Positions 9,728 through 19,761 of a stretch of 64,000 nt of DNA are shown piece after piece. Every line of letters begins with the position of its first letter. Positions within the stretch are counted from its first letter, which is position 1. The stretch covers positions 62,998-126,997 of the IMG/VR virus record IMGVR_UViG_3300037310_000404; one strand, 5' to 3'. The notes under the pieces were generated by a model that worked only from the letters and a program-made list of their open reading frames with translations, was not told the origin of the DNA and made no database searches. The translations under genes and the position numbers were made by a program. This DNA is from a virus.

Positions 9728-10224
9728 TGAACAACAGCTACAAAGATATCAAATACCTCTTTGTTGATATTGACGGCGTAATGACGACTGGCCGCAAAGT
9801 ATATGATGATGCACATGCTGTGGTTTATAAAGAATATAATGATAAAGACTTTACAGCTCTTTCGTTATTCAAGCAAAAAGGCGTGCGCGTCGTATTGTTA
9901 TCCGGCGATAAAAAGATTAATCAGGCAATGGCTGATAAAAGAAAATTAGAGGCATATTTCACGTCATGGCTACTAGTTGGCCAGGAGCCCGAGCTTCCAG
10001 AAAAAGTGCAAATAATGAAAGACCTAGGGGCTGATTTGTCACAAAGCGCCTATGTCGGAGATGACTATTTCGATATAGCTGTATTTAAGCATGTAGCATA
10101 TTCATTCTGCCCGGCCGATGCGCCGGGATATGTAAAAAGGAATTGTCAACATACTCTCGCGATAAAAGGCGGCGAAGGGGTTATTGCGGCACTCTTCGAT
10201 TTAATCTATGGCCAAGAATTCTAA
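9724..10224 (+). CDS. KdsC-like HAD phosphatase
   Basis: DIDGVMT, LSGD, YVGDDYFD, CPADA, GGEGVI. Confidence 0.85.
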   Translation: MMNNSYKDIKYLFVDIDGVMTTGRKVYDDAHAVVYKEYNDKDFTALSLFKQKGVRVVLLSGDKKINQAMADKRKLEAYFTSWLLVGQEPELPEKVQIMKDLGADLSQSAYVGDDYFDIAVFKHVAYSFCPADAPGYVKRNCQHTLAIKGGEGVIAALFDLIYGQEF

Positions 10225-10939
10225 AAATATCAGTATATACGGGCATTTGTTCAAAGACCATATATATTATTTACCAGGATTCCCAAAGGAAAACACGGCC
10301 ACCACTGCCGATGTTCTTGATGAGCGCTATGGCGGCACGGACAACTTTATACGACACTTTGTTCATATAAACAAAGTTGTGGTGAAAAGGTTCGAAATCC
10401 CTGCGACAGCTGTAATAATAGTTAATAGGAAAAATGGGTCAAGATCAAGTATGGCCTATTGGGAACCGGCTCCTCAGAATATCTTTAGGCTCGCTAGCGG
10501 CTGTGTATGGGCGCATTTTATGTATGCTGATAAAATGGACATACCGATAGATTTTCTTAAGAAATTAAAGGATAGGAAAGTTATAATTTCTGTCGATTTG
10601 TGCATTAAGAATCATGACAATAAATGCAAAAATTACTTGCGCGGCGTATTCAAATATACCGACTATCTTATAGCATCTGACGCAGAGATTGTGGATCTAA
10701 AAAAAGAAGTAAAATTGTGCAAAAATACAGTGATACACTATGCCGACAAAATAGTAATAAATAATCGAGTTTACAAAAATCATAATTATTCTAAAAGAGT
10801 CAAGAACACACTAGGGGCCGGTGACTTTTTTGCGGCCGAATTGGTGTCGGCCATGCTGGACGGTAAAAGTCTAATCAAAGCGGCTTCTAGGGCCGCCAAG
10901 CAAAGCGCCTTATTCGTGAAGGGGAAAATTAATGAGTAA
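10208..10939 (+). CDS. PfkB-family carbohydrate kinase
   Basis: NTLGAGDFFAA signature; GG..N. Confidence 0.8.
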   Translation: MAKNSKNISIYGHLFKDHIYYLPGFPKENTATTADVLDERYGGTDNFIRHFVHINKVVVKRFEIPATAVIIVNRKNGSRSSMAYWEPAPQNIFRLASGCVWAHFMYADKMDIPIDFLKKLKDRKVIISVDLCIKNHDNKCKNYLRGVFKYTDYLIASDAEIVDLKKEVKLCKNTVIHYADKIVINNRVYKNHNYSKRVKNTLGAGDFFAAELVSAMLDGKSLIKAASRAAKQSALFVKGKINE

Positions 10940-12101
10940 GACAAATATTTTAATACCTATGTCTGGAAAGGCCAGGAGATTTCTTGAAGAAGGATATGTA
11001 ATGCCAAAGCCTTTAATCATGGCTAAGGACAAACATATTATTGATTGGTCTATGCAGTCAATAGATCTAAAAAATAGCAATTTAATATTTGTTGTAAGAA
11101 ATGATCATGTCTGTAATTTTTCTATAGATAAAATCCTGAAGCATAAGTTTGGAGAAGATATCAAGATAGTGAAAACGTATCAAGACACGAGAGGCAGTGT
11201 AGAGACGTGTTTATATGCCAAGGATTTAATCAATAATGAAGATCCTCTGTTAGTATATTGTTTAGACGTGTTCTTTGAGCCGCAATTTAATCCACAATCG
11301 GCTCCAGCGGAGCTGGACGGCCTGTTGCTTACATTTAAATCTAATTCTCCAAACTATAGCTATACCGATGTTGATGAAAACGGATTTGCTAGAAATGTTG
11401 TAGAAAAAACAGCCATCAGTAACAACGCCAATGTCGGGGTATACTGCTTCCGTCATGGGTCAGATTTTGTTAAATACGCAGAAGACATGTTGGCCAAAGA
11501 CATTCGCACAAATGGCGAATTTTATATCGCGCCTTTATATAATCTGATGATCGCTGATGGTAAAAAGATTGGTATTAGAGAAGTGGAAAAGATGCACGTT
11601 ATGGGAACTCCAAAAGAACTTGAGTTTTTCACCAAGGTGGCGCTTAACAGATTTGGTGATAGAAAAATTGCTTTATGCGCCGACCATTCTGGATTCGAGC
11701 TTAAAGAGCACTTTAGAAAGATGCTAATTAAATATAAGATTGCTTATGTGGATTTTGGTTGTTATACCATTGACGATTGTGATCAAGTTGATTTTACTAA
11801 AATAGCTTGCAGGTCTGTTTTGAACGGCGTATGTTCTCATGGTATAGGTTTTTGCAGAACCGGGCAGGCCATAAATATCGCGGCTAATAAATTCGATGGG
11901 ATTAGGTCTGCACTAGTCTTTAATGATTACACGGCCGAATATGCCGTCCGGCATAATGGGGCAAACTTTTTCACAATAGCAACAAAATTTGTAAACGAGG
12001 ACGAGTCAGAAAAAATCCTTGGAAGATTACTTAACTCATCTTTTGAAGGCGGCCGTCATCAGGTCAGAGTTCAGAAGATAAATGACTTGGAAAACAGATG
12101 A
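10932..12101 (+). CDS. Nucleotidyltransferase-RpiB (ribose-5-phosphate isomerase B) fusion
   Basis: N-terminal IPMSGKARRF..PKPLI...NVGVYCF; C-terminal ADHSGFELK...CRTGQAINIAANK...FEGGRHQVRV. Confidence 0.85.
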   Translation: MSKTNILIPMSGKARRFLEEGYVMPKPLIMAKDKHIIDWSMQSIDLKNSNLIFVVRNDHVCNFSIDKILKHKFGEDIKIVKTYQDTRGSVETCLYAKDLINNEDPLLVYCLDVFFEPQFNPQSAPAELDGLLLTFKSNSPNYSYTDVDENGFARNVVEKTAISNNANVGVYCFRHGSDFVKYAEDMLAKDIRTNGEFYIAPLYNLMIADGKKIGIREVEKMHVMGTPKELEFFTKVALNRFGDRKIALCADHSGFELKEHFRKMLIKYKIAYVDFGCYTIDDCDQVDFTKIACRSVLNGVCSHGIGFCRTGQAINIAANKFDGIRSALVFNDYTAEYAVRHNGANFFTIATKFVNEDESEKILGRLLNSSFEGGRHQVRVQKINDLENR

Positions 12102-12541
12102 TACTCATATCACATCGCGGCAACTTCCGTGGCCCAAACCCAGAAAAAGAAAACACCCCGGATTATATCCTTGGGGCGCTCGGGCGCGGATTTGATGTAG
12201 AGGTGGATGTATGGGTAACTCAGGATGCATTCTTCCTAGGCCACGATAAACCAGAACATCTGGTAGAAAAAAAGTTTCTAGCTGATAATCGCGACCATCT
12301 GTGGATTCATTGCAAAAACATAGAGGCTCTTGAAATTTTCAATAGCTATGATGGTTACAAATACTTTTGGCACCAAAATGATGACTGCTGTCTGGTTTCA
12401 AATAGAGTTATCTGGCATAAACCAAATCCGGTGGCTAAATTTCCGGGCATTAATCTGATGCCGGAATTTAACAAATTAACAAAAATAGACCTGGATGGTG
12501 CTCAGGGAGTTTGTTCAGATTATATAGAGAGGTATGTGTGA
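12098..12541 (+). CDS. Glycerophosphodiester phosphodiesterase/PLC-like protein
   Basis: ISHRGN, EVDVW, LGHD, WIHCKN, GVCSDY. Confidence 0.7.
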   Translation: MILISHRGNFRGPNPEKENTPDYILGALGRGFDVEVDVWVTQDAFFLGHDKPEHLVEKKFLADNRDHLWIHCKNIEALEIFNSYDGYKYFWHQNDDCCLVSNRVIWHKPNPVAKFPGINLMPEFNKLTKIDLDGAQGVCSDYIERYV

Positions 12542-12858
12542 AGCTATTTAGAATAGAGGATTTCGTGGGTGGATGGTTCATCGGCGACTTTGAACCTTCT
12601 TTATTAAAAACTAAGGATTTTGAGGTCGGCTATAAGTATCACAAAAAGGGCGAACATTGGCCTGATCATTACCACAAAATAGGAACTGAGTATAATTGCA
12701 TAGTTAAGGGCCATATGATACTAAATGAAGTTGAGCTTAAGGATGGTGATGTATTTGTGATAGAGCCGGGACAACCATCAAAAAGTACTTTTTTGGATGA
12801 CTGTCATATTATTGTGGTAAAAACTCCGTCAGTCCCCGGAGATAAGTATGAAATTTAA
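12538..12858 (+). CDS. Cupin-fold protein
   Basis: GWFIGDF, HYHKIGTEYN; GTG start overlaps the upstream TGA. Confidence 0.7.
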   Translation: MKLFRIEDFVGGWFIGDFEPSLLKTKDFEVGYKYHKKGEHWPDHYHKIGTEYNCIVKGHMILNEVELKDGDVFVIEPGQPSKSTFLDDCHIIVVKTPSVPGDKYEI

Positions 12859-12896
12859 TTTGATATAATTATAAATAATCTTTGGAGAACCAATAA

Positions 12897-14120
12897 ATGC
12901 AAAAATGCAGAATTGATGGCTCGGATCTTGTAGAGGTTATAAATCTCGGCGAAATGTATTTCACGGATTTCGTTGATGATCCAACCGACGGGGTAAAAAG
13001 CCCCCTTCGTCTTGGTATTGGTAAAAACTCTGGACTGGTCCAGCTGTTCGAAACATTGAATCCTGAAAAGATGTATCGTAAATACTGGTACAGATCTGGA
13101 ATAAACGAGGCGATGCGCAGAGATCTGAAAAACATTGTTGAATGCTCAAAGAAATATGTGGAGGTAAATCCGGGAGATACAGTACTGGACATAGCCGCCA
13201 ACGACTGTACACTATTAAGCTTCTGGGGCGACGACATAAAAACAATAGGAATTGATCCGTCTAGTGCATCTGATCATATGGTATTCAAGCCAACGAGCTA
13301 TGTTAAAGACTTTTTCAATTCAGCTAACTACTGGAGCGTGGCCGATGAAAAAGCAAAGGTCATCACTTCAATAGCTATGTTTTATGATCTTCCGGATCCT
13401 GCCTGGTTCGTCGAAGAAGTAAAAAAGTGTCTCAGGGATGATGGTTTGTGGGTTATGCAAATGAGCTATACCCCATTAATGCTTGAACAGAACGCTTTCG
13501 ATAATATCTGCCATGAGCACATCGAATACTATACTCTTACATCTCTTAATAAGCTATTAGATGGCCATGGATTTAAAATAGTGGATGTTGAGTTGAACGA
13601 TGTTAATTCCGGGAGCCTGAGAGTCTATATCGCTCATAAAGACAACAATAAGTTCAAGCTTAATCACCACTCATTACAAATTGGAGAATTCAGAACCAAA
13701 TCGCTGTTAGCTTATGAAGATAGCCTGGATCTTGCTTCTCCTAAGCCGTATCAGGAATTCTTTGCCAGAGTAGAAGAAAATAAAAATAAGACAATGGAAT
13801 TGCTACGCAGATTAAAAGCAAACGGAAAGGTAGTCGTTGGTTACGGGGCAAGCACTAAAGGAAATACGCTTCTGCAGTATTATGGGATCGGGCCAGATTT
13901 AATCCCTTGTATCGCAGAAAGAAGTCCTGAGAAGCTTGGCAAGAAAACAATCGGAACAGGAATTCCAGTCATATCTGAAGAAGAAATGCGCGAAATGAAG
14001 CCGGACTACTTATTTATCTTCCCCTGGCATTTTGTGGACGTATTTAAAACAAGAGAAGCCGCGCTAAGGGAATCCGGCACAAGATTTATTGTTCCATTAC
14101 CATCAATTTACATAATTTAA
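12897..14120 (+). CDS. NDP-sugar C-methyltransferase
   Basis: VLDIAANDCTLL, FDNICHEHIEYY, GYGASTKGNTLLQY, FPWHF. Confidence 0.85.
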   Translation: MQKCRIDGSDLVEVINLGEMYFTDFVDDPTDGVKSPLRLGIGKNSGLVQLFETLNPEKMYRKYWYRSGINEAMRRDLKNIVECSKKYVEVNPGDTVLDIAANDCTLLSFWGDDIKTIGIDPSSASDHMVFKPTSYVKDFFNSANYWSVADEKAKVITSIAMFYDLPDPAWFVEEVKKCLRDDGLWVMQMSYTPLMLEQNAFDNICHEHIEYYTLTSLNKLLDGHGFKIVDVELNDVNSGSLRVYIAHKDNNKFKLNHHSLQIGEFRTKSLLAYEDSLDLASPKPYQEFFARVEENKNKTMELLRRLKANGKVVVGYGASTKGNTLLQYYGIGPDLIPCIAERSPEKLGKKTIGTGIPVISEEEMREMKPDYLFIFPWHFVDVFKTREAALRESGTRFIVPLPSIYII

Positions 14121-14131
14121 TCGGGGTCAAA

Positions 14132-15094
14132 ATGAAAAAGGTTTTAATTACTGGAGCAACCGGGTTTGTTGGGAGCCACATGATCGATTATATCCTGGCT
14201 AATCACCCGGACTATTCTATTGTGGCCATGAAGCGACGTAGAAGTGATATGGATAATGTGCGTCACGTCATAAACCACCCTCGCATCACATGGGCGGTTT
14301 GCAATGCCGAGGATTATGGTAGTGTTCAAAACGTATTTCAAGAACATGGACCGTTTGACAAAATATTCCATCTTGCCGCACAGTCATTTGTTAAGTTTTC
14401 TTGGGACTCGCCAATAGAGACAATCCATAGCAATGTGGATGGCACGGTAAATATTCTTGAGGCCACTAGGAAAATGTCTCCCGATGCAGTGGTGCAAATT
14501 GCTGGCTCATCTGAGGAATATGGGTATCAGGAGACGTTTCCTCTCACCGAAGATTTGTTGCTTAGACCTTTGTCGCCATACGCAGTATCAAAGGTGGCCG
14601 CCGAGAACCTTGGGTATCAGTATTTCAAATCTTATGGCATCAAGACCATTCTTACTCGCACCTTTAATCATGAGGGCCCAAGAAGAGGTGAGGTATTCGT
14701 AACCTCTACATTTGCCAAACAAGTAGCGGAAATAGAGAAGGGGCTAGTGTGTCCTGTCATTAAACATGGCAATCTGGATTCATACCGTGATTATACTGAT
14801 GTTAGAGATGTTGTCGTTGCTTATTGGCTCGCTACTGAAAAGTGCATACCAGGAGAGCCATATAATATTTGTTCTGGGAATTTAACAAAAATTGAAGACG
14901 TATTAAAAACATTTATGAGTTTGTCTCCAATAGAAATAACTGCCCAAGAAGACCCTTCGAGACTAAGACCGTCAGATCTTGTAAAACTATGCGGATCGTC
15001 AGAAAAATTTAAAAAAGCAACAGGTTGGGAACCGAAGATAAGTGTTGATACAATGCTGAAAGATATCCTTGAGTATTGGAGAGGGAAGGTCTAA
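14132..15094 (+). CDS. gmd: GDP-mannose 4,6-dehydratase-like extended SDR
   Basis: TGATGFVG, HLAAQSFV, SSEEYG, YAVSK, FNHEGPRRG, RDYTDVRD. Confidence 0.75.
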   Translation: MKKVLITGATGFVGSHMIDYILANHPDYSIVAMKRRRSDMDNVRHVINHPRITWAVCNAEDYGSVQNVFQEHGPFDKIFHLAAQSFVKFSWDSPIETIHSNVDGTVNILEATRKMSPDAVVQIAGSSEEYGYQETFPLTEDLLLRPLSPYAVSKVAAENLGYQYFKSYGIKTILTRTFNHEGPRRGEVFVTSTFAKQVAEIEKGLVCPVIKHGNLDSYRDYTDVRDVVVAYWLATEKCIPGEPYNICSGNLTKIEDVLKTFMSLSPIEITAQEDPSRLRPSDLVKLCGSSEKFKKATGWEPKISVDTMLKDILEYWRGKV

Positions 15095-15525
15095 TGGAAA
15101 CATTTGGATCATTACTCGACAAGTTGTCTATAGAGACAATTAGGCTATCCAAACTCGATGAGTCTTCTGCCGAGGTTGTTTCTGGAGTTTCATCTAAGAT
15201 TAATATATTAAAAGCTGAGATAGATGACTATATTATTGCTGCAGTGGCCAAAAAAGTTCCTATCGAAGACCCAAAATTCAAAATTTATAAATATGAAAAG
15301 CCAGCCGGTGACGTTTTTGGAGGCATCGGAGATGCTGTCGCAAGACTATTTGAAGCCAATTTAAAACTTTGGAACCTTGAAGATGTTCGTCGCGACAAGA
15401 GCGTTGCAGATAAAGACCGCCTAGCCGCATGTGATGATGTTGCCAGATGGAATAGGGTGCGCAATGATGCTATGGACTCAATTAATAATATGTTGAAAAC
15501 ATATATTGAAAATAAAAATAGTTGA
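15094..15525 (+). CDS. DUF4254-like protein
   Basis: ETFGSLLDKLSI and N.KLW.LED...RND..D.IN; TAATG coupling. Confidence 0.55.
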   Translation: METFGSLLDKLSIETIRLSKLDESSAEVVSGVSSKINILKAEIDDYIIAAVAKKVPIEDPKFKIYKYEKPAGDVFGGIGDAVARLFEANLKLWNLEDVRRDKSVADKDRLAACDDVARWNRVRNDAMDSINNMLKTYIENKNS

Positions 15526-15550
15526 CAAAAAACATTATCAATGCTATACT
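15522..15550 (+). promoter_or_regulatory. sigma70 promoter
   Basis: TTGACA-17-TATACT with TG extension. Confidence 0.8.
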
Positions 15551-15587
15551 TTGGCCATGTTGGCAACTTTTATCCTGGGGATAATAC

Positions 15588-16391
15588 ATGCGATTTGAAG
15601 AAATAGGCAAAGTTTTGCCAAACGAAGAAATAGTGGCTCTTATAAAACTGTATCGTGAAAACAACGACTACGAGGCCAGGGATAAGGTTATCATTGCCAA
15701 CATGGGGGCGGTATACAGCTTGGCTCACAAGTATGCCGGGCATTTCATCGGCAAACATGTTAGCTTTGAAGATTTAGTCTCTGATGGTGCGATTGGGCTT
15801 ATTGAGGCTATAGATAGATTTGATACCAATCTTGGGGTCAAATTTTCGACCTATTTCCATTGGTGGGTTTTGAAGAGAATAACGGAAAATATAGCTGGAG
15901 GCCCTCTTAGTCTACCATTTCACCGGACTCAAATCTATAATAAATTTAAGAAAATTCAAGAAGAACTTATCCAGTCCGGGCAACATATAGATTTTGAGGA
16001 TATAGCGGATCAGATCGGTGTCTCAAAAGAAATTCTTATAGATACAGTACAAAAACACTCCCCGACTGTTGACAACGATTCAAAAAATGAAGACTGGGGA
16101 CATCAAAAGATCAATGCCGCCATAATACAGAAAGAACGTCTTGAAGATAGTTTAACAGACGGTATTATGTTTAGGCGCATCAAAAAACTAATAAATAAGA
16201 ATTTGAGCGATCGAGAAAAGTACGTTATAGTTGAAAGGTTTGGACTGGGCGAAAATGAACCCAAAACCTTGGAGGCGATCGCTAAAGAGTTAGATGTTAG
16301 CTGTGAATTTGTTAGAGTTATTCAAAATAAAAGCATAGACAAAATTAAAAGGCTTATCAATAGTGGCCGTGGGACCAAGTCGGATGATTAG
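15588..16391 (+). CDS. sigma70-family RNA polymerase sigma factor
   Basis: Region 2 DLVSDGAIGLIEAIDRFD...KFSTY; region 4 KTLEAIAKELDVSCEFVR. Confidence 0.9.
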   Translation: MRFEEIGKVLPNEEIVALIKLYRENNDYEARDKVIIANMGAVYSLAHKYAGHFIGKHVSFEDLVSDGAIGLIEAIDRFDTNLGVKFSTYFHWWVLKRITENIAGGPLSLPFHRTQIYNKFKKIQEELIQSGQHIDFEDIADQIGVSKEILIDTVQKHSPTVDNDSKNEDWGHQKINAAIIQKERLEDSLTDGIMFRRIKKLINKNLSDREKYVIVERFGLGENEPKTLEAIAKELDVSCEFVRVIQNKSIDKIKRLINSGRGTKSDD

Positions 16392-16578
16392 AGTTGATGT
16401 AAAATATTCAAGCGGTCATGCGAAATCAGTGACAATAGAAAACAAGGCCAAGTGTGCGCAATGGCTTTCCTTGGTTCACCAACCATGGAAAACAATAACA
16501 ATAACCTCGCATGGCAACCAGTACCAAATATCTAGTAAAATGGATTTGAACGCATGGATTGAGAAAAATGGCAAATGA
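16384..16578 (+). CDS. Hypothetical protein
   Basis: Small ORF coupled in the operon. Confidence 0.55.
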   Translation: MIRVDVKYSSGHAKSVTIENKAKCAQWLSLVHQPWKTITITSHGNQYQISSKMDLNAWIEKNGK

Positions 16579-17095
16579 CAAGGATAAAGAAATAATCTTC
16601 CAGCCATATGGTAAGGATGAATTTTATATAAATCTTTTAGCCAGCAAAGATGGGGAGTGGCTTTTTGGTCCAAGTGATAAAGATAAATTCAACCACTTGA
16701 ATCAAAATTCTATTGTGCATAGCTATTTGCACATTAAAGGCAAAAATCCAAAATATCATAAAATTTTAATAGATGATGGTTTTGAATTAAAGACCGATCC
16801 GTCACGAGTTTTAATCAAAAAAGATGCTAAAAAGCCAACAAATGTTAACGAACTCTATGTTTTTGTAGTATATAATTATGAACACAGTTTTCTTCACTTG
16901 GAGTATACTCCGAGTTATGACGAGTATGTTGAGCTTAAAAAAAATTTTAACATACTATCAACCTTTATTATTATTGGAGACGAGCTCTCTGTTGATGCCG
17001 AAAAAACTGGCATCGGGATAGGAACTAGGCGTCAAAATGTTATTGAGCTTATAGAAGATCTAAAAAAAGAAAAAAGGGAATTGGAGGATTTATGA
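16568..17095 (+). CDS. Hypothetical protein
   Basis: ORF coupled in the operon. Confidence 0.7.
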   Translation: MANDKDKEIIFQPYGKDEFYINLLASKDGEWLFGPSDKDKFNHLNQNSIVHSYLHIKGKNPKYHKILIDDGFELKTDPSRVLIKKDAKKPTNVNELYVFVVYNYEHSFLHLEYTPSYDEYVELKKNFNILSTFIIIGDELSVDAEKTGIGIGTRRQNVIELIEDLKKEKRELEDL

Positions 17096-17301
17096 GCAAG
17101 GAATTTTTCGATACTATGGAGAAAATAGAGGCTTTGGCGAAAAGAATTAAATTCCTTGAAGGCGCTCATCCAGAAATCTATAATAAATACCAGCAACCAG
17201 CCATAGAGGCTTTAAAAGCTCTAGATAAACTTGACAAGGAGATATCGAAAGATCTGAAAGCTAAATCAAAGTCTAGTCGTCCAAGAACGAGGAGACAGTA
17301 A
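17092..17301 (+). CDS. Hypothetical protein
   Basis: ATGA overlap; SD GGAGG. Confidence 0.7.
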   Translation: MSKEFFDTMEKIEALAKRIKFLEGAHPEIYNKYQQPAIEALKALDKLDKEISKDLKAKSKSSRPRTRRQ

Positions 17302-17885
17302 TGAAAAAAGAAAGAGAATTGACAGAAAGAGAATTTAAAACTCTTAGAAAATTGTTGCTTCTTTGGTTTCGTCTTGCTGTGCGTCGGAAATATCCTATTA
17401 TGTTAAATATCATCCTGTTTGCGTCGGTGTTCACCAATGTTTATTTTTTGTTCGATAGACCAGAGAAGCAGGTCGCTGTCGTGATGGAAAAACCAGTTAA
17501 TTTTGGAAATGTATTAGACTTATCTAATTATCCGTCGGTTTCAAGAAATTCTCAAACTCTATCTCGAAGATTCTCTATCCTTTATAAGGCTTATCTAAAT
17601 GATAAGTCGACTCCTGACTTTTCTCATAACATAAACAATACTAGACAGATAAAAAAGGAGTGGGTTTCTTATTGTAAGATCCAGCTGAAAAAAGTTATAT
17701 CTATAAAAGCAAGAGTGCGTGATCTTGAGCTTGTTTTAATAAATAATTATCCTGACAAAATAGATGACATAGAGCTTATCATCCAGGATAAAAAATATGA
17801 AGAACATTTGGCTGATATGTCAAATTATTATGCCAAGTTTATATCTGAAGAGGAGTATAGGAGTATTACAAATTCCATGGATTGA
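17301..17885 (+). CDS. Hypothetical membrane-anchored protein
   Basis: Hydrophobic segment IMLNIILFASVFTNVYFLF. Confidence 0.65.
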   Translation: MKKERELTEREFKTLRKLLLLWFRLAVRRKYPIMLNIILFASVFTNVYFLFDRPEKQVAVVMEKPVNFGNVLDLSNYPSVSRNSQTLSRRFSILYKAYLNDKSTPDFSHNINNTRQIKKEWVSYCKIQLKKVISIKARVRDLELVLINNYPDKIDDIELIIQDKKYEEHLADMSNYYAKFISEEEYRSITNSMD

Positions 17886-17886
17886 T

Positions 17887-18060
17887 ATGCAAGTAAAAAT
17901 TAAAGCTGACCGAAACTGTTTATGGTGCAATAAAAGTATAAAAAAGGGTGATTACGTTTGTGTATATAAAAGCGGGGCTGTCGTGCACCAGGGAGAGTGT
18001 TGGGAAAATGTAAAAACTTTATCGGGGAAAATTAAGAGGGGCGATAAAGATAAGCGTTGA
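17887..18060 (+). CDS. Small putative zinc-binding protein
   Basis: CLWC...HQGEC. Confidence 0.5.
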   Translation: MQVKIKADRNCLWCNKSIKKGDYVCVYKSGAVVHQGECWENVKTLSGKIKRGDKDKR

Positions 18061-18071
18061 GCGGATGAGAT

Positions 18072-18716
18072 ATGTTTGGTTTTGGTGTAAAAAAGAATAT
18101 CAAAATTATAGATTCTAGCGTCCTTGTGGATGGTAGAATACTTGGCATTATAGAGTCTGGTTTTATAGAGGGTGATCTTCGGGTGCCCCCTTTTGTTATA
18201 TTAGAGTTGCAACACTTAGCCGATTCACAGACCCACGAAAAAAGACAAAAAGGGAAAAGGGCTCTTGAGCTCTTAGAGAGATTACAAAAAACTGGATCAG
18301 TAAATGTTTCCGACGACGAATTCGACGTAGTCGAAAAAGTCAAAGAAGTTGACACGAAACTTGTTTTGTTGTGCAAAGAGCTTGGGGCAAAACTGCTTAC
18401 CGTTGATTTTAATTTAAATAAGATAGCCAAGATACATGGTGTGTCTGTTTTAAATATCAATGAACTTTTTTCTGCCATTAGACCAATCGTGTTGCCGGGT
18501 GATCGATTTACTATAAAGATCTTTAGAGCTGGGGCTATGCCGGATCAGGGTGTTGGTAGCCTGGAGGATGGGACGATGGTTGTTGTTGACGGCGCATTAA
18601 AATTTAGGGGCCAGAAAGTAGAGGTTGTGTGTCGGCAATTTAATAGCAATCCGTCTGGTAGAATGGTTTTTGCTGAAATAGACGAATCTGGTGCCAGTGA
18701 TGAAGCCGCCCGATAA
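18072..18716 (+). CDS. PIN/TRAM domain protein (YacL-like, no membrane domain)
   Basis: IIDSSVLVDGR, LELQHLADS, RGKRALE, DFNLNK, GQG.G.LEDGTMVVV. Confidence 0.85.
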   Translation: MFGFGVKKNIKIIDSSVLVDGRILGIIESGFIEGDLRVPPFVILELQHLADSQTHEKRQKGKRALELLERLQKTGSVNVSDDEFDVVEKVKEVDTKLVLLCKELGAKLLTVDFNLNKIAKIHGVSVLNINELFSAIRPIVLPGDRFTIKIFRAGAMPDQGVGSLEDGTMVVVDGALKFRGQKVEVVCRQFNSNPSGRMVFAEIDESGASDEAAR

Positions 18717-19401
18717 GAAGATAGAGTGGTATGAAAACGGAAATATAAAAGAATATGCCCAATATCGTGGCCGTAAATTGCATGGTAAAAGAATTTTGTA
18801 TTACATTAATGGGGTAGAAAAATCAGTTTCTTTTTATAAGAATGGCGATCTAAACGGAAAAAATGCACACTATAGTTCTAATGGTACTAAATTAAAAACT
18901 GTAGAGTATAGAAAAAATAAGAAGCACGGGTTGGCTATAACTTATTTCCCGAACGGCAGCGTGCAGTCTGAATATGAGTATGTTAATAATAGAAAACATG
19001 GAACATTCAAAGAGTTCTATCCAAATGGCTCTTTAATGATAACTGGCCAAAATATTAATAACAAAATCTCCGGAAAATATATCGAATTTGATAAGGATGG
19101 TAATATTTCTCATGAATGTAACTATGTTCGCGGAGCGCTTTCTGGACCTTTGCGAGATTATGAAAATGGTTTTTTAAAAAAAGAATATTTTTATAAGTCT
19201 GGGAAACTTAATGGAAAATGTACTGAGTATCATGAAAATTCTAGACAAGTAAAGTGCTCCATGGATTTTGTAAACGGAAAAAGACATGGGGATTTTCTTT
19301 ATTATACCACTACAGGGCTATTAAAAATTAAATCGATGTACAAAAATGACATCTGTACCGAGCATGTCGAATATGGAAAGCAATGGAGGCATGGTGACTG
19401 A
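18700..19401 (+). CDS. MORN-variant repeat (YwqK-like) protein
   Basis: Repeated Y.NG.L....Y.NG...G units. Confidence 0.8.
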   Translation: MKPPDKKIEWYENGNIKEYAQYRGRKLHGKRILYYINGVEKSVSFYKNGDLNGKNAHYSSNGTKLKTVEYRKNKKHGLAITYFPNGSVQSEYEYVNNRKHGTFKEFYPNGSLMITGQNINNKISGKYIEFDKDGNISHECNYVRGALSGPLRDYENGFLKKEYFYKSGKLNGKCTEYHENSRQVKCSMDFVNGKRHGDFLYYTTTGLLKIKSMYKNDICTEHVEYGKQWRHGD

Positions 19402-19759
19402 CGTCTTTGAAAAAAATATAGATTTTTCCGAACTGAAGAATTGGAAAAAAAATGAGGCTTCTAAATATAAGTTTGCTTCTGAATTCGATGAAGTTCTTAA
19501 AAATTTTTACGTCCCATGGGAAGCCGTACAAAAAGATGGAGATAAGAACACGGTTCATGTTTTTGCAAGCCATGTTTACGATAGAGATAAGTTTATTTAT
19601 ATAAACTGGGTTTATGATAAACATAAAGTAATATCAAAAGATATCGTATCGATTGAAAAGTCTAATTTAAAAAAGTGGTTGAGAGAAGCTCGCGATTCAA
19701 GTATGATTGACTGCGATAGTTTAATTAACATAGCGAGATTTTTGTATTTTGAGGATTAG
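19391..19759 (+). CDS. Hypothetical protein
   Basis: SD GGAGG; coupled ORF. Confidence 0.6.
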   Translation: MVTDVFEKNIDFSELKNWKKNEASKYKFASEFDEVLKNFYVPWEAVQKDGDKNTVHVFASHVYDRDKFIYINWVYDKHKVISKDIVSIEKSNLKKWLREARDSSMIDCDSLINIARFLYFED

Positions 19760-19761
19760 AA

